NCBI GenBank assembly: GCA_000320545.1
Contig: ADNK01000697.1
Location: 150,480-214,479, forward strand
Direction: 5' to 3'
From: Bigelowiella natans CCMP2755
Taxonomy: Eukaryota; Protista; Cercozoa
DNA: 64,000 nucleotides
The translations under genes were made by a program, and so were the position numbers. The number at the start of each line of letters is the position of its first letter. Position 1 is the first letter of the stretch. Under the pieces are notes generated by a model. That model searched no databases and was not told where the DNA came from. It saw nothing but the letters and a program-made list of their open reading frames with translations. Positions 12,408 to 26,793 of this stretch are shown here, piece by piece.

Positions 12408-14147
12408 ACCATGAAGGTTTGGCACGGGATCCGTCACAAAAAACGAGTGAGACATATTTAGTTCGGCTGATTCCTTTCGAAAAATCTCCTAAAATATTCA
12501 TTTTCCTTTTCACTATATTCTTACTTACCCTGGCGAAGATCAATCGTGACCCTGTTTGGGTTTTTGCGTGCATCATAGGCGATGTTCTCCACCTGTGCAG
12601 TAATAAGCAGCTGTAGTGAGCTATCGTTGAAATACAGGGTTGCTAGCGTAGCGCTCATTGCGACGCTATGTGATACCGCGCCTGGCTGCGTATAGGAGTT
12701 TATGATGGATCGGAGATTCGACGATAAATCGGCGACGATTCTGTCTGCGGAAAACAATACGCATAATGTTAGAACAATCAATACCGACCCGTCCGCCATC
12801 GCCTTCAATTCAAAAAATACATACTAATGTCGTGATGTGCATCTAGGCACGGTCATTTTTTCCCTGGCTAACTACACAACCAGAGTCCTTGATGAATTTC
12901 AACTGATACGAATAGTCGGCACCTAGGTGGGTCGATAGCATCCGAATAAATCATACATTTCTAGGATAGCTGAAACTTTGCACATCTACGCAGCAAGTGT
13001 TCAAATTTCTCTTCCAGGTTGCTAATACAGACCAATGTCAGGGATGTAGGCCACGGACACTTTCTGAAACCTGAAGATGATACGCATTTAAACGTTTTAA
13101 TATGGCGTGGAATTGAATCATAGCCTCATTGTCTCAAAATGCCATACCCAGGGACTGAAACGTCTTTCACAAGTTGGGACTTTGGAATGCTGCTCGGAAA
13201 CTCGAACCTGCCGTCAATATTCAGCACATTAAGAAGTTGGAGAACGTGTGTGTGTAAAGAAAATACGAATATTTTATTCTTGCGCACGCTAATGCGGTAT
13301 CCTAGTTCGTATATCTTGTAATGTACGATGGGGACATAGTCTCAGTAGCATGCTAATTTGCGACAAATACCCTTCGAACTTCGCCTGAACTTCCCACGTT
13401 CCCTTGAAACGCAATTTATAATGATTTCCAAGAACACAGTAAAATATTGGGAATCAGTAGATGGCACGTTTCGATAACAACATCAGATTCAGCGCAAAAT
13501 CGCGAAAGCTGGAAGAGCATCTTACCTCCATCCAACTCGGATATTCTTGAACGCCTTTGTACACGCAAAGAAGATTATTGGTACACGTGCTACTAACGGC
13601 AATGAATATGTTCCACAGACCTGGGATACGATTGAAGACTGCTTTATCCAATCGGCGTTTCTCGAGTCGCTCTCTCAGTGTTGCTAATAGAACAATTCGT
13701 AGCGGTGGGTGATACCAGGAACTTCCGAAAGCATCCAGAATATTTCTCAAAGTTACTATATATCTATTATTTGTATCTAGTGAACAACCAAAATACATCA
13801 AGTTTCGTATGCTGTTAGGCGATTGTACATGCTTCCGCGCTTTTGAGATAGATGGACGATAGTAGAATCCCTCCGAGGGTACGACGGCGCCCCAGTCTTC
13901 GTCCATTCTGGCCACAGCCATGAGTTGCTCTATCCACTAGAATACGGCTAGTTTGGAGCTTTGAAAATCGTCGAGGAACTGCGCTTGAAGGATGGAGGGC
14001 GACCATCACTATGAGGGCGAAGCACTGAACTCGCCCAGTATGCCTACACAACCACGCATTTGTTTGGTTCGAACGAAAGGGAAGGGTTTCTCACACAATA
14101 AATCCACCGTACCAAAGCCTAGGTGAGGTGGCTTGATGCAGTCTCAT
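11132..14147 (-). CDS. DUF6816-like plastid protein, probably thylakoid lumen, with tripartite targeting presequence
   Basis: Spliced translation: MRLHQATSPRLWHTGRVQCFALIVMVALHPSSA (signal), a basic Ser/Arg transit region, then RRRTLGGILLSSIYLKSAEA (twin-Arg + AxA). Mature part has YPSWMEGTWEV, PGF, IVADLSSNLRSIINSY, KNPNR, FITSESIRQV and KPVVLYSHKLTM, matching DUF6816 motifs as I recall them. It joins ORFs 13815-14051, 13454-13921, 12521-12808 and 11132-11503. Confidence 0.7.
12135..12400. repeat. Compound microsatellite (AT)n(CT)n(GT)n with a downstream (AG)n
   Basis: Directly visible in introns of the DUF6816-like gene. Confidence 0.95.
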
Positions 14148-14545
14148 CCTCGATATACGCTCGCGGGACGTTGCTGCTCCGGGTTCGTAGCTCCTGGCAC
14201 GTTGACACGTGAATGGCACGTAGAGGAGTGAGAGCGATTGCGTAAAAAAATACAATATGGGTAAAAGAGTTGTCGCAAGGTAGAAACCCCACCAATAATG
14301 GAATTTCCGTCCTTCATTTTCCGGGAGAGGAATCCTATCCGGTAGTACCCGTTATTTGTTTCCAGCGACCTGGTGGTGATGGCCGGGCCTGGTTGGCGCG
14401 AAGGTGTTTGGATTTGTAGATTCCAAAGGGGGGGGAGGGAACTCAGATCTGGAGGCCTTGAGGACAGATGGAATCATTTTTTTTTGTAATTTAGGATGAA
14501 AATCTGGACGGGAAATTGCACGGGTAACGGGTAGGAGTGGAGGGG

Positions 14546-17500
14546 ATGAGCGCTTGGGACGTGGAGGACGACGGCTTCTTCGATGCAAACTTCGAAGCAA
14601 TAGACGCCGCCTTGTGTGCAGCAGAGAGTTCTGCAGGGAACAAAAATGAAAACGCGAAAAGAAGCAACTGTAGTGAAGGGGATGATCCAAATAATAATAC
14701 CCATCGTAAGGAGATATCCACACGGTGCTTCGTGTTGCCCAAGAACCGCTACTGCAACGCTGCCAACAACCTCACCCAGCCTAGCAAGTGGCCAGATAAA
14801 AGGAAACCGTTGGGCAATGTTTCAGTAAATGCCCAAAGTATCCCAACTAATGGACAGTCTCAGAGTGATTTCCAGTCTTCTGGTTCAAGCGGAAATAAAC
14901 TACAGTTTTCGTCTTCTTCCTCCTCTTCATCGGCTTTTATGCCGGACATGTACAACCGGCATCAGAAAACGATGGGAAACTTTTTTGTCTCTAGGGCCAA
15001 GGAGTTCTCAGTGGATGAAATTGAGAAAATGGTTGGCGAGTACAATAAAGACTCCCCCGTCCCTCTTGATGCACAGGCCGCTCAAGCTTGGGTATATCCA
15101 ACAGATCGTGAGGTTCGGAAGTATCAGCTGGTGAGCCATTACTCGAGTTTCAGACAATACATTTCTTCCGATTTTTGTAGATTAGAAAGCATCGAGAAAC
15201 TCTGGCTTTGTGACGTAATTGTGGTGATTGCTTAGGACATTGCGAAAGCATGCCTGACCAGAAATACGCTCGTTGTGCTTCCGACGGTCTGTATACTGAT
15301 TAGCTTCGTCACATTTTGCATAAATTACGTCTTTCTGGAAATATTTTTTTAGCAGGTGCCGTCTCATGTGACATTTCTTGCTATTTTTCTTATGTCACTC
15401 AGGGCCTCGGAAAAACGCTGATTGCGGCTGTCGTAATGTACTGCTGCAATGTTACTAATTAAATTTAAAATAGAACAGTCCTCACAAACGCAATCCTGTT
15501 AGGTACAATTTTTATCGGTGGTATCCGACGGGAAAGTGCGTATTCCTAGCAACCACGAGGCCGCTGGTCTCTCAGCAAATCAGGGCCTTCCATGAAATCA
15601 TGCATATTCCGCAGGAGCATTCTCACCGAATGTTTGGAAAGGTTTGTTTTTATAGTTTCATCTCGAAAATTTTGGTTTTATGCCTCGTTATGTCCCGTTC
15701 AGATACACAGCGTTGTTACGATGATCATTTTCTCTCTCGGAGTGTGTGCGTTTTATTTTTGGGTTGCATTGAGAGTTACTGGGATGGTGAGCAAGACCGA
15801 TGGTGTGAGAAATAAGGCGTAAAGACGCTGCTCCGTAGAAAGTAGAATTTAGTAAGGGCATCGCACATCTAACATCTCCCTCTCACCTGTCTCTCAGGTA
15901 GTGAAGAAGAAACGCCAGGCTGTATGGAAAGATCCAACACGGCGAGTGCTCTTCTGCACGCCGCAAGCATTCCAAAGCGATATAAACTCTGGAAATGTCC
16001 CTCTCGACAAAATAGTCTGCATCGTAATCGATGAGGCCCACCATGCAACAGGAGATCACGCCTACGTCAACACCATCCGAGAAGTGGCCCGCGCAACGGA
16101 TCGTTTCCGTATCATCGGCCTCTCCGCCACTCCGGGAAAAGACGTGGAGACGGTACAAACGGTGGTGAGGAATTTACGATGTCGCCAGGTGATTCATTGC
16201 AGCTGGTGGGCGGGACAGTTATGGTGAAGAATATTGGGTGGTTTAGGAAAGTTTCTCTTGAGAAGCAGATTTTACATCCAATTGTAGAAAATATAAATTA
16301 TATAAAATGTATATACATAATATGAAACTTGTGCTTCGTACATGATTACTTTTGTGTCAGATCGAAATCCGCGACGATGAGGATCCGGATGTGAAACGAT
16401 ACATCCACGGCAAGTCATTCCAGCTCGTAGTCTGTAAAATGAGCCCAGAGATCCGCAACGTTCTCAATCTTCTCCATGGCATGATCGGCAGGCTCGTAGG
16501 AGCATTGTCGCGAGTGCGGGCGGCACCCTTTGTCAGCCCTCCTAACGCTTCCAAGTTTCTATTCGTAAGAAGTTGGACCGAATTTCGTGGAAGGCCAGGA
16601 GTTGACCTTAGCCGTGAGCAGGTGACGAGGGCAAATGGTCACTTTACCACTGTGATCAAGCTCATTGATGCGAGGGATAAGCTCAGAAACTACGGAATTC
16701 GAAGCTGTCAGCAGCATCTGCTCACCAACATTGTGAATGCGGACAGGAAGAAGGTAGGCCTGTTTGAATGCCGGCGCTCCAGGGAGTTTGGCCACATTAT
16801 GACGCTGATCGACGAGATGCTCGCGCGCGGGGAGACGCATCCTAAGATCCCCCAGCTCCGCAACCTGCTGCTGGAGCATTTTGAGGCCCATGAGGATGCA
16901 ACCAGGCGGAATAGCAGTGGCAATTGCAAGGGAGGGGAGGGCGACGACAGCGTGTACAAAAAGGATGTTGCTGATGGCTCAAAGTCATCGACTACGAAGG
17001 CAATCGTCTTTACACAGTATAGAGACAGTGTGGCGGACATCGTGCGCTTTCTTCGCGCCTCGGAGCCAGTGATTCGGCCGGTGGAATTCATCGGACAGGC
17101 ACAAAAGAAGGATGGGAAGGTATATTATCGTCGTCATTGTCGTCGTCGTCCTCAATGACTACACAGCGACATGTTCACCCACATAGGCACGAGAATCTCC
17201 ATTCCGCCATGTTATTGAAAACACGAATGTGTATGTGCTATAATTGTTGACAGGGACTGACTCAGAAGCAGCAAGCTAAGGTTCTCCGCAGATTCCACGC
17301 AGGAGAGGTGAACGTGTTGGTCGCTACCTGCATCGCAGAGGAGGGGCTAGACATCGGCGAAGTGGATCTCATCGTAGCATTCGACGTGAGCAAGTCCAAG
17401 ATACGCACCGTGCAGCGCATGGGACGCACCGGCCGCAAACGCTCCGGCAAGTGCATCACGTTGGTCAGCGAGGGAAAGGAGGAGGAGGATTACAAGAAAA

Positions 17501-19396
17501 GTATGCGCGAGGCTCGCAATGGACTCCGCCGGCTGAAAGGCCACATCCTCCGCAAGCTAGAGCTCCAATTCAGCACCAACCACAGGATGCTTCCCAAAGG
17601 CTATTTTCCCCGCCTTGAGCAGAAGGAGCTCGCGAACAGCCAGAAGTACGTCACGCTCACACAGGAGAAGCGGGAGGCCAGGGAAGCACGCCGTGCCAGG
17701 TCTGCAGGGGGGGGGGCGTTCGCTTTAATCCCTTCGGAAAGGAAGTGGCTCACGGATCATTACAAGCTCAATGAAGAGGAGCTGGTAGCATTCCGAGAGC
17801 AGAATACGCTTCGACTCGACTCTTTCCCTGAGCTCCAGAGTACTCCAACAACATTTCACAAGGTGAACAAGCGCGCCCGTCACGGATTCAGGCGTCGCTG
17901 GCTGTCATTTGCTCTTTATCATCATCATCATCATCATAATAACACGTCATTTTATTCTCCTTTCTTGTAAACAACACGTATGTTAGGTGGCCCATTCTTC
18001 CATGACGCAGATCTTCTGCCGCATGATGTCGCTCATCCAATCAGGGACTTTTCAAGAAGGCCTTTGGGAGGGCCAAAGGGAGGAGGAATGGGGGCACGCC
18101 AAAGAGCGCTACAACGCTCTGGAGGACGAAATGGAGCATCATGAGGATGATGATATTTGCAAAGGACAATGCAAGGACGATAATGAGAGATTCGGGAGGC
18201 GTGAGGGGAAAGAAGTACCCGACCATATTGCATCCGAGTACCTAGGAGAGAGCAATCAAGCAACACACCCAACAAATGAGTACGACGTTGAAGATCATAG
18301 AGGAGGCAGTGTTGATGGTGGTGATGATTATGATGATGATGACGATGAGGATCATATCGGAGGAGGAGAAGATCCTATGCAAATCGTCGATGGTGGGAAG
18401 GTACAGAGAGAGCAAGATGAAACTTGCTCAGGAATACAGTCATGGTTTGAAGAAGACGGAGGGGGGGGAGGAGAAGAGCAAACAGCAGGAAAAATGGAAA
18501 AGAGAAATGTCGCCCATTTTTCGGTGAACAGAGCGAATCAGCAGCAAGGCAACGCCTCTTCCTCCTCAAAAGCTACGATCCCTACTTTCCAGGAAGAAAA
18601 GAAACGAAGAAAGCTTATCTGGCATGGTAGGGAACGAAGGCCTGTTGCTGCAGCACCCACAGAAATAGTCCACCAGTCCATTGAAGCATCCTCCTCTCAG
18701 AGCTTCGATTCACTGCTCACAACCGAGTGGTCGGAGTGCAAGAACGGGGGGGGGGCGACTGCCGGGATAGAAAAAGCGACGAAGACGAAGATAAAGAAGA
18801 AAAAGAAGACTAACCGGCAGAAGAACAAGAAGAAGAAGAAGCAAAAACAAGAGGAAGATCCTTCAAAACCAACCCCTGCACGCCGTTGGCGGAGTGATCC
18901 GGAAAAGCAAAACAACTCGGCAAGGGCGAGTGGTGGTCCAGTGGGGGGAGGGGGCGCGGGGAAGAATAGAATCACTAAATATTTTAAGATGACGCCCGGT
19001 ACATGCTCCTTTAAGAAGGTCCTAGCGCACTCAGATGCATCAAGCAAAGAAGAGAAACAAACTGGAAGAGCGCTCGTCAATCGACAGCAGCGCTCCCAAA
19101 GGAAAGAGGCCAACAGAGGCACAAATAGCGGCAGTGATGTGCAGAGCAGCGATAGAAATGAATTATCGACCAAGAAGAAAAAGAGCAGCAACTGGACTTG
19201 CTCAGCTTGTACGTTTATCAATATACCTCGTGCTTCTATATGCAAGATTTGCGGCACAGAGAAGATCAGTGATTCTATCCCGCAGCCTAGGGACTGTATT
19301 GGGAAATCCTTAGCCGCAGTCGCCCCCCCTCAATCATCTGAAAGATTTTCTAATGTAAGCTCAAATGCTAATTTTCTTTAATGATTAAAATTACAA

Positions 19397-19439
<43 letters not shown>

Positions 19440-22042
19440 TTCTCTAATAATCACTCTCCTCCAAAAAAACAGACGCTCCGTCAATCAGCAACACCAGTTA
19501 TAGGGCGCAAGCCTTTACCACCACCATCATCGTCATCATCATCAGAATTCGCAGTTAGATTGAACAACTCGCCGAGGCAGCATCATCATCATCATTCTAA
19601 GAACGGCGCATCATCAAGTCGCAACAACGTCGTCGGTTCCAATGCCACAATAACCAAACGCAGGCTATTTCGACCAGAATTGCTCGTCCTACACCTCCTC
19701 GACAACTCCGACCCATGGCAAAAAGCGCGTGGCTTGCTACGATTCACTTCAGCTGCTTCTTCAGATTCTAACGCAATGTTCGGCAAAATGTGTATTGGCA
19801 ACATCTTTGGCCGTGGTGACGGTAGTGGTAGTAATGGTGGTAGTGGTAGTAGTAGTAGTAGTAGTAGTAGCGAAATCCGAAAGAGCTTATCGATCTTCAA
19901 CTTGGGGGTTGCTCCACCTGAAACCTCAAACTTTAAGAGGATTGTTCTTCGGGAGGGACAACACGCTCCTGCTAAGACAAAGACGTCAGCCAGGAACATC
20001 AAAAGAATGAAGAAGAAGAAGAAGAAGCAGCAGCGGAAAGAACAGCAGAAGACCCTATCTTCCTCTGCCGTCTCACCTTCACCAGCTGCTCCATCCACAA
20101 TACGAAACAACACCCATGTAATCGCTAAGTCAGGCTGCTCCTTCTCAAACCTTTGCCAGTCCTCCCCCTCCCCTAAATACAAGAAACATTTTCGAGCTCC
20201 CAAGGACAAGTCATTCGCCTCAACCGCGTCGTCTTCTTCACGAAAACGAGGGCGATCTCCACTCCCAAGCTTTGCGGTTGATGGCCAGCTCCTGCAGCGA
20301 ATGTCGCCTCCAGATTCCGTGCGCACAATGAAGTCACGAAAGAGAAAATATCATGAGGAAAAATCGCGAGTCGTTGAGTCTCCTAGGAGCCTGTACACAG
20401 AGAGCAGCATCACTTCTTCGTGCAAGGTATTGACTCAAAGTTGCACGCTATTTTCAATATGCTTGCGTTTGGCCTGTCTTATGAAGTTTGTGTTTGTGTG
20501 GGTGTGTGGGTGTGTGTATGTGCACAACTTTATGAAACGTGTGCTGTCTTAGCTCGTATCTTCGGAAAGGAAGGTGATGATGGCAGGATATAACAGCAAA
20601 CAGCAGCGGGAACGAACCCTCAAGAAACGAGTCATCATTTCTCCCGTCTCCACTCCAAAGTCCTCCTCCTCGGCCTCCCCCTCATCATCTCACAAATCGT
20701 TGGTTTCCGCATCCTCCTCCTCCTCGTATCCGAAGACGATTCTCAAGAAGTATTCCCCGGCTAGCAGTATGGCAGGAGGGGCAAGTAGTAGCCGGAGCGG
20801 ACGCACAAAAGTCCTCTCGAAGCGACGGGTTTCGTGGGAAGATCAGGTTGAGAAAATAGCTTCTTCTTCTTATTCTGCTGCGGCGAAGATGTCTTCTTCA
20901 CGTAAACTAGCACCTCGGAATGCTGCGCTCTACCCTGGTAATGATAGAGCAGAGAGGGAGCTTTGTGGCCACCGTGTAACGAAAGAGGGGGGGGGGAAGG
21001 AAGATGAAGAGGGTGGGAAGGGGAGCAAAAACGACGTTGTGGATTTGGTCAATGGCCGAGCCAATTACAACGAAGACGATGCGAAAGGAGAGGAGGGGGG
21101 GGCGGGGGGTAATCTTCCTGCTTCCCGACAACTCGGAGCCAGTCGCCTATCTTCTAACGATATTACTAGTATTGGCGGAAAGAAGAAATTGAGGAGGTTG
21201 CGTCGAGTTGGTGATAGAGCGAAGATGAAGAAGAAGAAGAAGAGGAAAGAGGAGGAGAAGCAGAAGCGTGAGAGAACGATGGAGAGTAGTCGACGAATGC
21301 CACAACGACAGCCTCTACCGTCTCGATGGAATGTAATAAATAGTGATGAGGAGGAAGAGGGGGGGGGAGAAGAAGAGGAAGAAGAAGAAGAAGAAGTAGA
21401 TGATGACGACGACTCAGTAAAGGAAAAGGGGTCTGACAACGACGATGATGCCTTTGACGATGGTGATAAGAATAATGGTGATTCTCACATTTGCGAAAGA
21501 AGACAGAAGCGAAAGCTACAACGGAACAGGCGACAGCAATGTGGAGGAAAGCGGAAGAAGCCTTCGATTCACGAATTTATTGACTCCCAAGCATCAGCCT
21601 CGGATGGCAATAGTAATGATGACGAGTCGGACGATTTGGACGGAACACTGGACAGCTTTATCGATAACCGTAGCGAAATCACACAACAGACTGCAGACAG
21701 CAACAGTGCGTTGGTTGGGGGGAGAGAGGGGGGGGGGGGGGGGGAGGAAGAGGGGAAGCAGATCGGAGGTGATACGCGTGCTTTCATTCCATATGTGTGC
21801 TAAATATACACAATGCAAACACAACATAATAAAGCGGGCGGTACACTTATGCGTGTTGTATATGCGTTTGCGTTTCAGGCGGTTCTCCCTCTTCTCCTTC
21901 AAGGAAGCAGCATGGCCGTCAATCGGTTGGCGGTGGCGCTGAAGATATGTCAGCTGTTTATCTTCGCTCCCTTCAAAGTCCTCCGTTCGAGAGGCATGCC
22001 TTCTCTCGCAGCGTGCTGCCAAAACGATTCAAAGGTATTGTT

Positions 22043-22081
<39 letters not shown>

Positions 22082-22455
22082 GCTTTCTATCTATCTATCT
22101 CTATCTCTCTTTGTGCGTGTGAGTGTTGGGGGGGAGGGAGGGTGAAGTTACGTGATCTGAGGAAGTAATCCACCTTGGTACTAGGGATCATAGATATAGC
22201 AGAGAAGTACGCCCGACGCGCCCATGACGCCAATGGCTACGGCTCCGAGATCATTGATGAAGAGGAAGAGGAGGAGGTTCGTGATAGGTCGTTTGTGACA
22301 TGCTCATCTACTACTCCTTCCTCCGTTTGCTCTGCTACTGCTACTGCTACTGCTGCTGCTGCTGCTGGTGGTGCTGGTATTACTGCTGCTGCGGCGAAAA
22401 CTGGAAAGGAGAACAACAGAAACTTCAGACTCGGTTCCCGCCATCATATCGTCAT

Positions 22456-22486
<31 letters not shown>

Positions 22487-22949
22487 GTCTGCAGAAGCGA
22501 TGATAGAGCAATGAAGTTGCTGAGTAGTAAAAATTACGGATGTCCCTCCGACGATTTGCAGGCAACCAGCAAGAGGCTTTTTGCGATGGGGGGGAAGAAG
22601 GAGCAGCAGCAGCAGCTGCGTATGGGCGCATCTAGACGACCGGTTGAATCGATCGGCGGGGGCTTTGATGATGACGATTTCAACGATTTAGAAGAGGCTC
22701 TATGCAACATGCCAGGTAGTGTTGTGCTGCTGGTGTTGCTTGTATTTTGCCGCCATCAGCATCATCAGCATCATCAGCATCATCATCGATGTAAATGTCA
22801 ATCCTCGTCGTAAAATGGGTTATAGAGAAGTGAGAGTAGGGAAGGAGCATATGCATCATCTCACTAATGGGTAGTTTCGCATTCAGCACTAACACCAACA
22901 ACACATCATCACCATTATTATCATCACCATCATTATCATCACCATCATT

Positions 22950-22982
<33 letters not shown>

Positions 22983-25662
22983 TTAGAATCGGAGCTGCTT
23001 TCCCAGGCACCGACCTCCTCAAACCATGCTTCAGGAATCATCCCAGCCCAGACGACTCTACTAGATGATGATAATGATAAAAATAATGATGATGATGATG
23101 ACAATGATAATGATAAAGGTAGGAGGGGAGGGGAGGATGGATACGAGGATGAGGAAGAACTCTCTCCCCTTCCCAACTTCTCACTTCGGAGTCGTAGAGA
23201 CGGATTGGGCAGGAAGAGCGTAACGAACGAAATCTCCTCTGGGCCGTCTCTTAAGGGGGGGGGGCAGACGGTGGAAAGCAGCAGGGTGGAAGTTGGTGGA
23301 AAACAACAACAACAACAACAGCAGCAGCTTCGAACAGAACGAAGACGACAAAAACCCAAAAGAGCCCGACCTCCCGAAAGCAGCAGCAGCAGCAGCAGCA
23401 GCGAGGATGAAGACGATGACGATGGAGACGAGGACGATCTTCCTTGCTTCACGCTTTCTGGATCCACCAAAAGACTGAAAGAACAACTTCATCGGGATGA
23501 CGATAAAGCAAACAAGGAGAACAGCAATCGTAGTAGCAGTAGCAATCCGAACACCAACATTTCTTCCACCTGGAGCAATACCAAAAAGACAGAGCTATCT
23601 GGGATTACATCGAAACAGAATTCTTCTTCTTCTTCTTCTTCTTCGCTTCGTCCCCCCCCTGAGCCTCCAGACGGCGCTGAAGCAGATGTTGTAACGGTGG
23701 TGGTTGTGGATTCGAAGCAAACCAACTGCATCTCCGTCTATAAGGAACTAAGAAAAAAGTAGTGCTTAGCAGCCCTAAGACCCAATCGAAGTCTTTAGTT
23801 GAGAATAGCTACATAGTAGTAGAACTAGGAGGAGTAGTTGTAGTAGTGGTTCTTGTTCTTCTTTTTCGTCTTGTTGTTGTTGTTGTTGTCTTTGTTGTTG
23901 TTGTGATACGCCTATCCGAGAGACCAATTGTGGATTGGTTGTGGTTGGTGTTGCCTTTTTGCTGTGTCGTTGTACGAAAAGTCATCAGCGCTTTTTCTCT
24001 ATCTTCCCCTTTTTGAGAAGGACAGACACAGCCTCTCACCCTTCTCTCTCTGGCAGCAGCAGCAGCAGCGTCATGTAGTTCGCCTCAAGGCTGTAATATT
24101 GTCTAAACTATTTGAACCGAACTTACCTCCCATCTGCAATGATAAAAAAAAGGCGAATCGAGACATTAGTAACCAGCTTGCGTTGTGTGGATTTCATTGC
24201 CGGCCCTCGATGCGGAGTCCTTCGTTTCTCGAAGTCAGATATCAGCAAACGTGCCGCCGACAACGATAACACCTCGTGGAAGGCGCGGGTCCAAGATGCA
24301 GCCAGAATATTCGAAAAGGTGGTTGCTTATCTGCACAAAAAACTCGTTTGTCGCATAGGAATGATGAATACGCAAAGCATTGCAAACGTCTAGAGCAATG
24401 CGCCAATTGTTTAGTATATGTAAGCTGCCACACGATAACCGGAAGATATGCGTGTTTAGGTGGTTTTGGTTGTTCAAAATGACCATAAAAGGTCCGAAGC
24501 GTACATCGCGAAGATGGGGGATAGGTGAGAGCATCATCGATTCCTATGTATCATCATCATCATCATCATCTAGCATTGGCAGTAGCAGCACTCGTACGCG
24601 TATCTTCTTCCTGCAATTGGTCGAAGCCTACTACTACCCAATATCGCTCACCACACAACAACAACATAGAGTTGTTTCAATCGTCTCTAAAGCATAGCCT
24701 TGCTATTTTAGTCCGTCCTACCATCGGAACATAGCGAATCTGACAGCAACCCCAGGAATAGCAGTAATGTACAGTGATGATCCAAAGCACTCGGCGGAGC
24801 TGGTGAGCGTACTCACCCATACTTTTATCGCGACGATGATGACGATGCTTTTCTTTTCAATGGCGTCCATGATTATGTTTGTGGCGATGAGAACGATGGG
24901 CATTCATTTGCATATTGTACATCGGCAATGTCGCACGGTCGCGCGGATTTGTCTCCTTGGTTGCTCAGCTCTGTAACTCTCCGTCCTTCCTCTTCCTCCA
25001 ATTCGCCCTGCTGCTTTCAGATCTACAGCATATGCATTACGGAGCAGCGCCATCTGAAAGAGCGGATCGAGCTGTCTAAAGAGGTGTAACCATAGCACGC
25101 ATGGCTTGCGTGCTGTATTAGCTATCTTTATGTTACTGCGTCGCCATATGTATAAAGATATATATATATATATATATATATATTCTCACAATATAGACTC
25201 AGAGTCGGTGGGTGTGTAAGTGCACGGGTTTTGAGGTGTGTGTGGCTGTGCGTGTGTGGCTGTGCGTCTTCGCATTACAGCTCAAAAGCGGAGATTGTAG
25301 TCTAGAGAAAGAGATACAGTTTCTGTGCTCGATTCCCGGAGTCCACTACGTGCATGCCTTGAGCTTACTAACAGAATTCAAATTCTGCCTAAGGTGAGCA
25401 ATATTAACGTCCGTATGTCCCCTTTCACTGTTGATGAAACTATCTGTGAAGACTTATTCGATTTATTCTATAATTTCCTCACTAATCTGCCACTACTGCT
25501 TGCCAAAAAACAATTGTAAGGGACGCTCTTAACGCTCCGCTCAAGATTTTGGAAGAAAGGATGAGGAAGCATCTTATGTCCCCGATGAAATCGAGGAAAT
25601 TCTACGAGTTTGTAAGGCGGGATTACGATAAGAGCATGCTGCTGAAGAACCTACCTTCGTGA
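14546..25662 (+). CDS. FANCM: FANCM DEAH helicase/translocase with RanBP2-type Zn finger and C-terminal degenerate ERCC4 + HhH2
   Basis: Helicase motifs: [86 protein letters not shown]. Also acidic EFIDSQA...[19 protein letters not shown]4-like VVVDSKQ, and Hh[21 protein letters not shown] stop at 25660-25662. Confidence 0.92.
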
Positions 25663-25955
25663 CATCGGATGTACTGTATGTAACTGCTCATATTCTTAAT
25701 CTAAACTAAATGATAACGGGTGGTGCGGTGCCGGTGCATTTTAGATGCAATTGACACATCACGGATCATGTTGTTACTAGCTAGCTAGTCTATTTATGAG
25801 TACACACATACATAGATGTATATTTTTGCTGCCTGCGCGCATGAGCCTGAGTCTTAATTATTAAGTAAAGCGCAAGAGCGATGTTGTCAGGCTAGCAGGG
25901 GCAGCAAGATTTGTTTGCCGTCCTATTGATAAAATCTTAATGGTGTCTATTATCT

Positions 25956-26345
25956 TCATGATCGAAGAACTCGTGATATTTGCGGAGACCGTCGCCTGTG
26001 CTTTTGTCTAATACGTCGAAACAATGCGCGCTGCACGTAATATCGGCACTTTTCCAAATACATCATTCTGCAATTTGCATGCGTCAAAATGTTGCGCAAC
26101 AATAATGATCGATATAGACTCTTGCTTCGAATACAAATGCAAAACAACGCATGTCAAGCAATGTATACATGCTGGCATACGCTTGTACGCTGCATTGCAT
26201 AGCTACATTAGGATGACCATTGAAAAAATTTAAACATTTCATTACATCCGTCTCATACGTAAGCGTTGTAGCCGCCACTCTGCATATCTACATTATAGGA
26301 TGACAATTGAAAAAATGTAGTCATTTCATTACATCCGTCTTGCAT

Positions 26346-26380
<35 letters not shown>

Positions 26381-26754
26381 CGGAAATTATTCATTAATGT
26401 GTCGTCATCTTTAGAGATTAAATTGGTATCCAACATAGTTTTCATTGTAATGGAAGTATCATAGTAGACAGAATCGATCATGACGCAAAAATAAAGCTCA
26501 AAATGCTCGTTAGCCCTTCTATTAATGAGGTAGCCTCGATTAGAAATACACATTACTCCCTTTCTGCAATAATGTACTGGGAATTCTATGATTCGTCGTC
26601 AGCTGTTTTTATCAAAAATGCTGGATGAGAATCATTATGGTGCAGTCGCAAAATGATCTTCATTTCTAACCTCTCAGCTCGGATTTCCTTTGACTTTGAG
26701 ACATTTCGAAGAATACAGATGCAAGATGCCTCAGGCTGTTACTCTGATGTTGGA

Positions 26755-26793
<39 letters not shown>

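Noticed and set aside
11813-12616. Long ORFs with IYIYIY/SLSLSL/CVCVCV/ERERER tracts (also 3352-3750, 43504-43768, 63533-63943)
   Set aside because: They are translations of microsatellites, antisense shadows or hairpin arms.
12521-12808. ORF starting MADGSVLIVLTLCVLFSA as a separate secreted protein
   Set aside because: The hydrophobic stretch is intron read-through; the flanking exons belong to the DUF6816-like gene.
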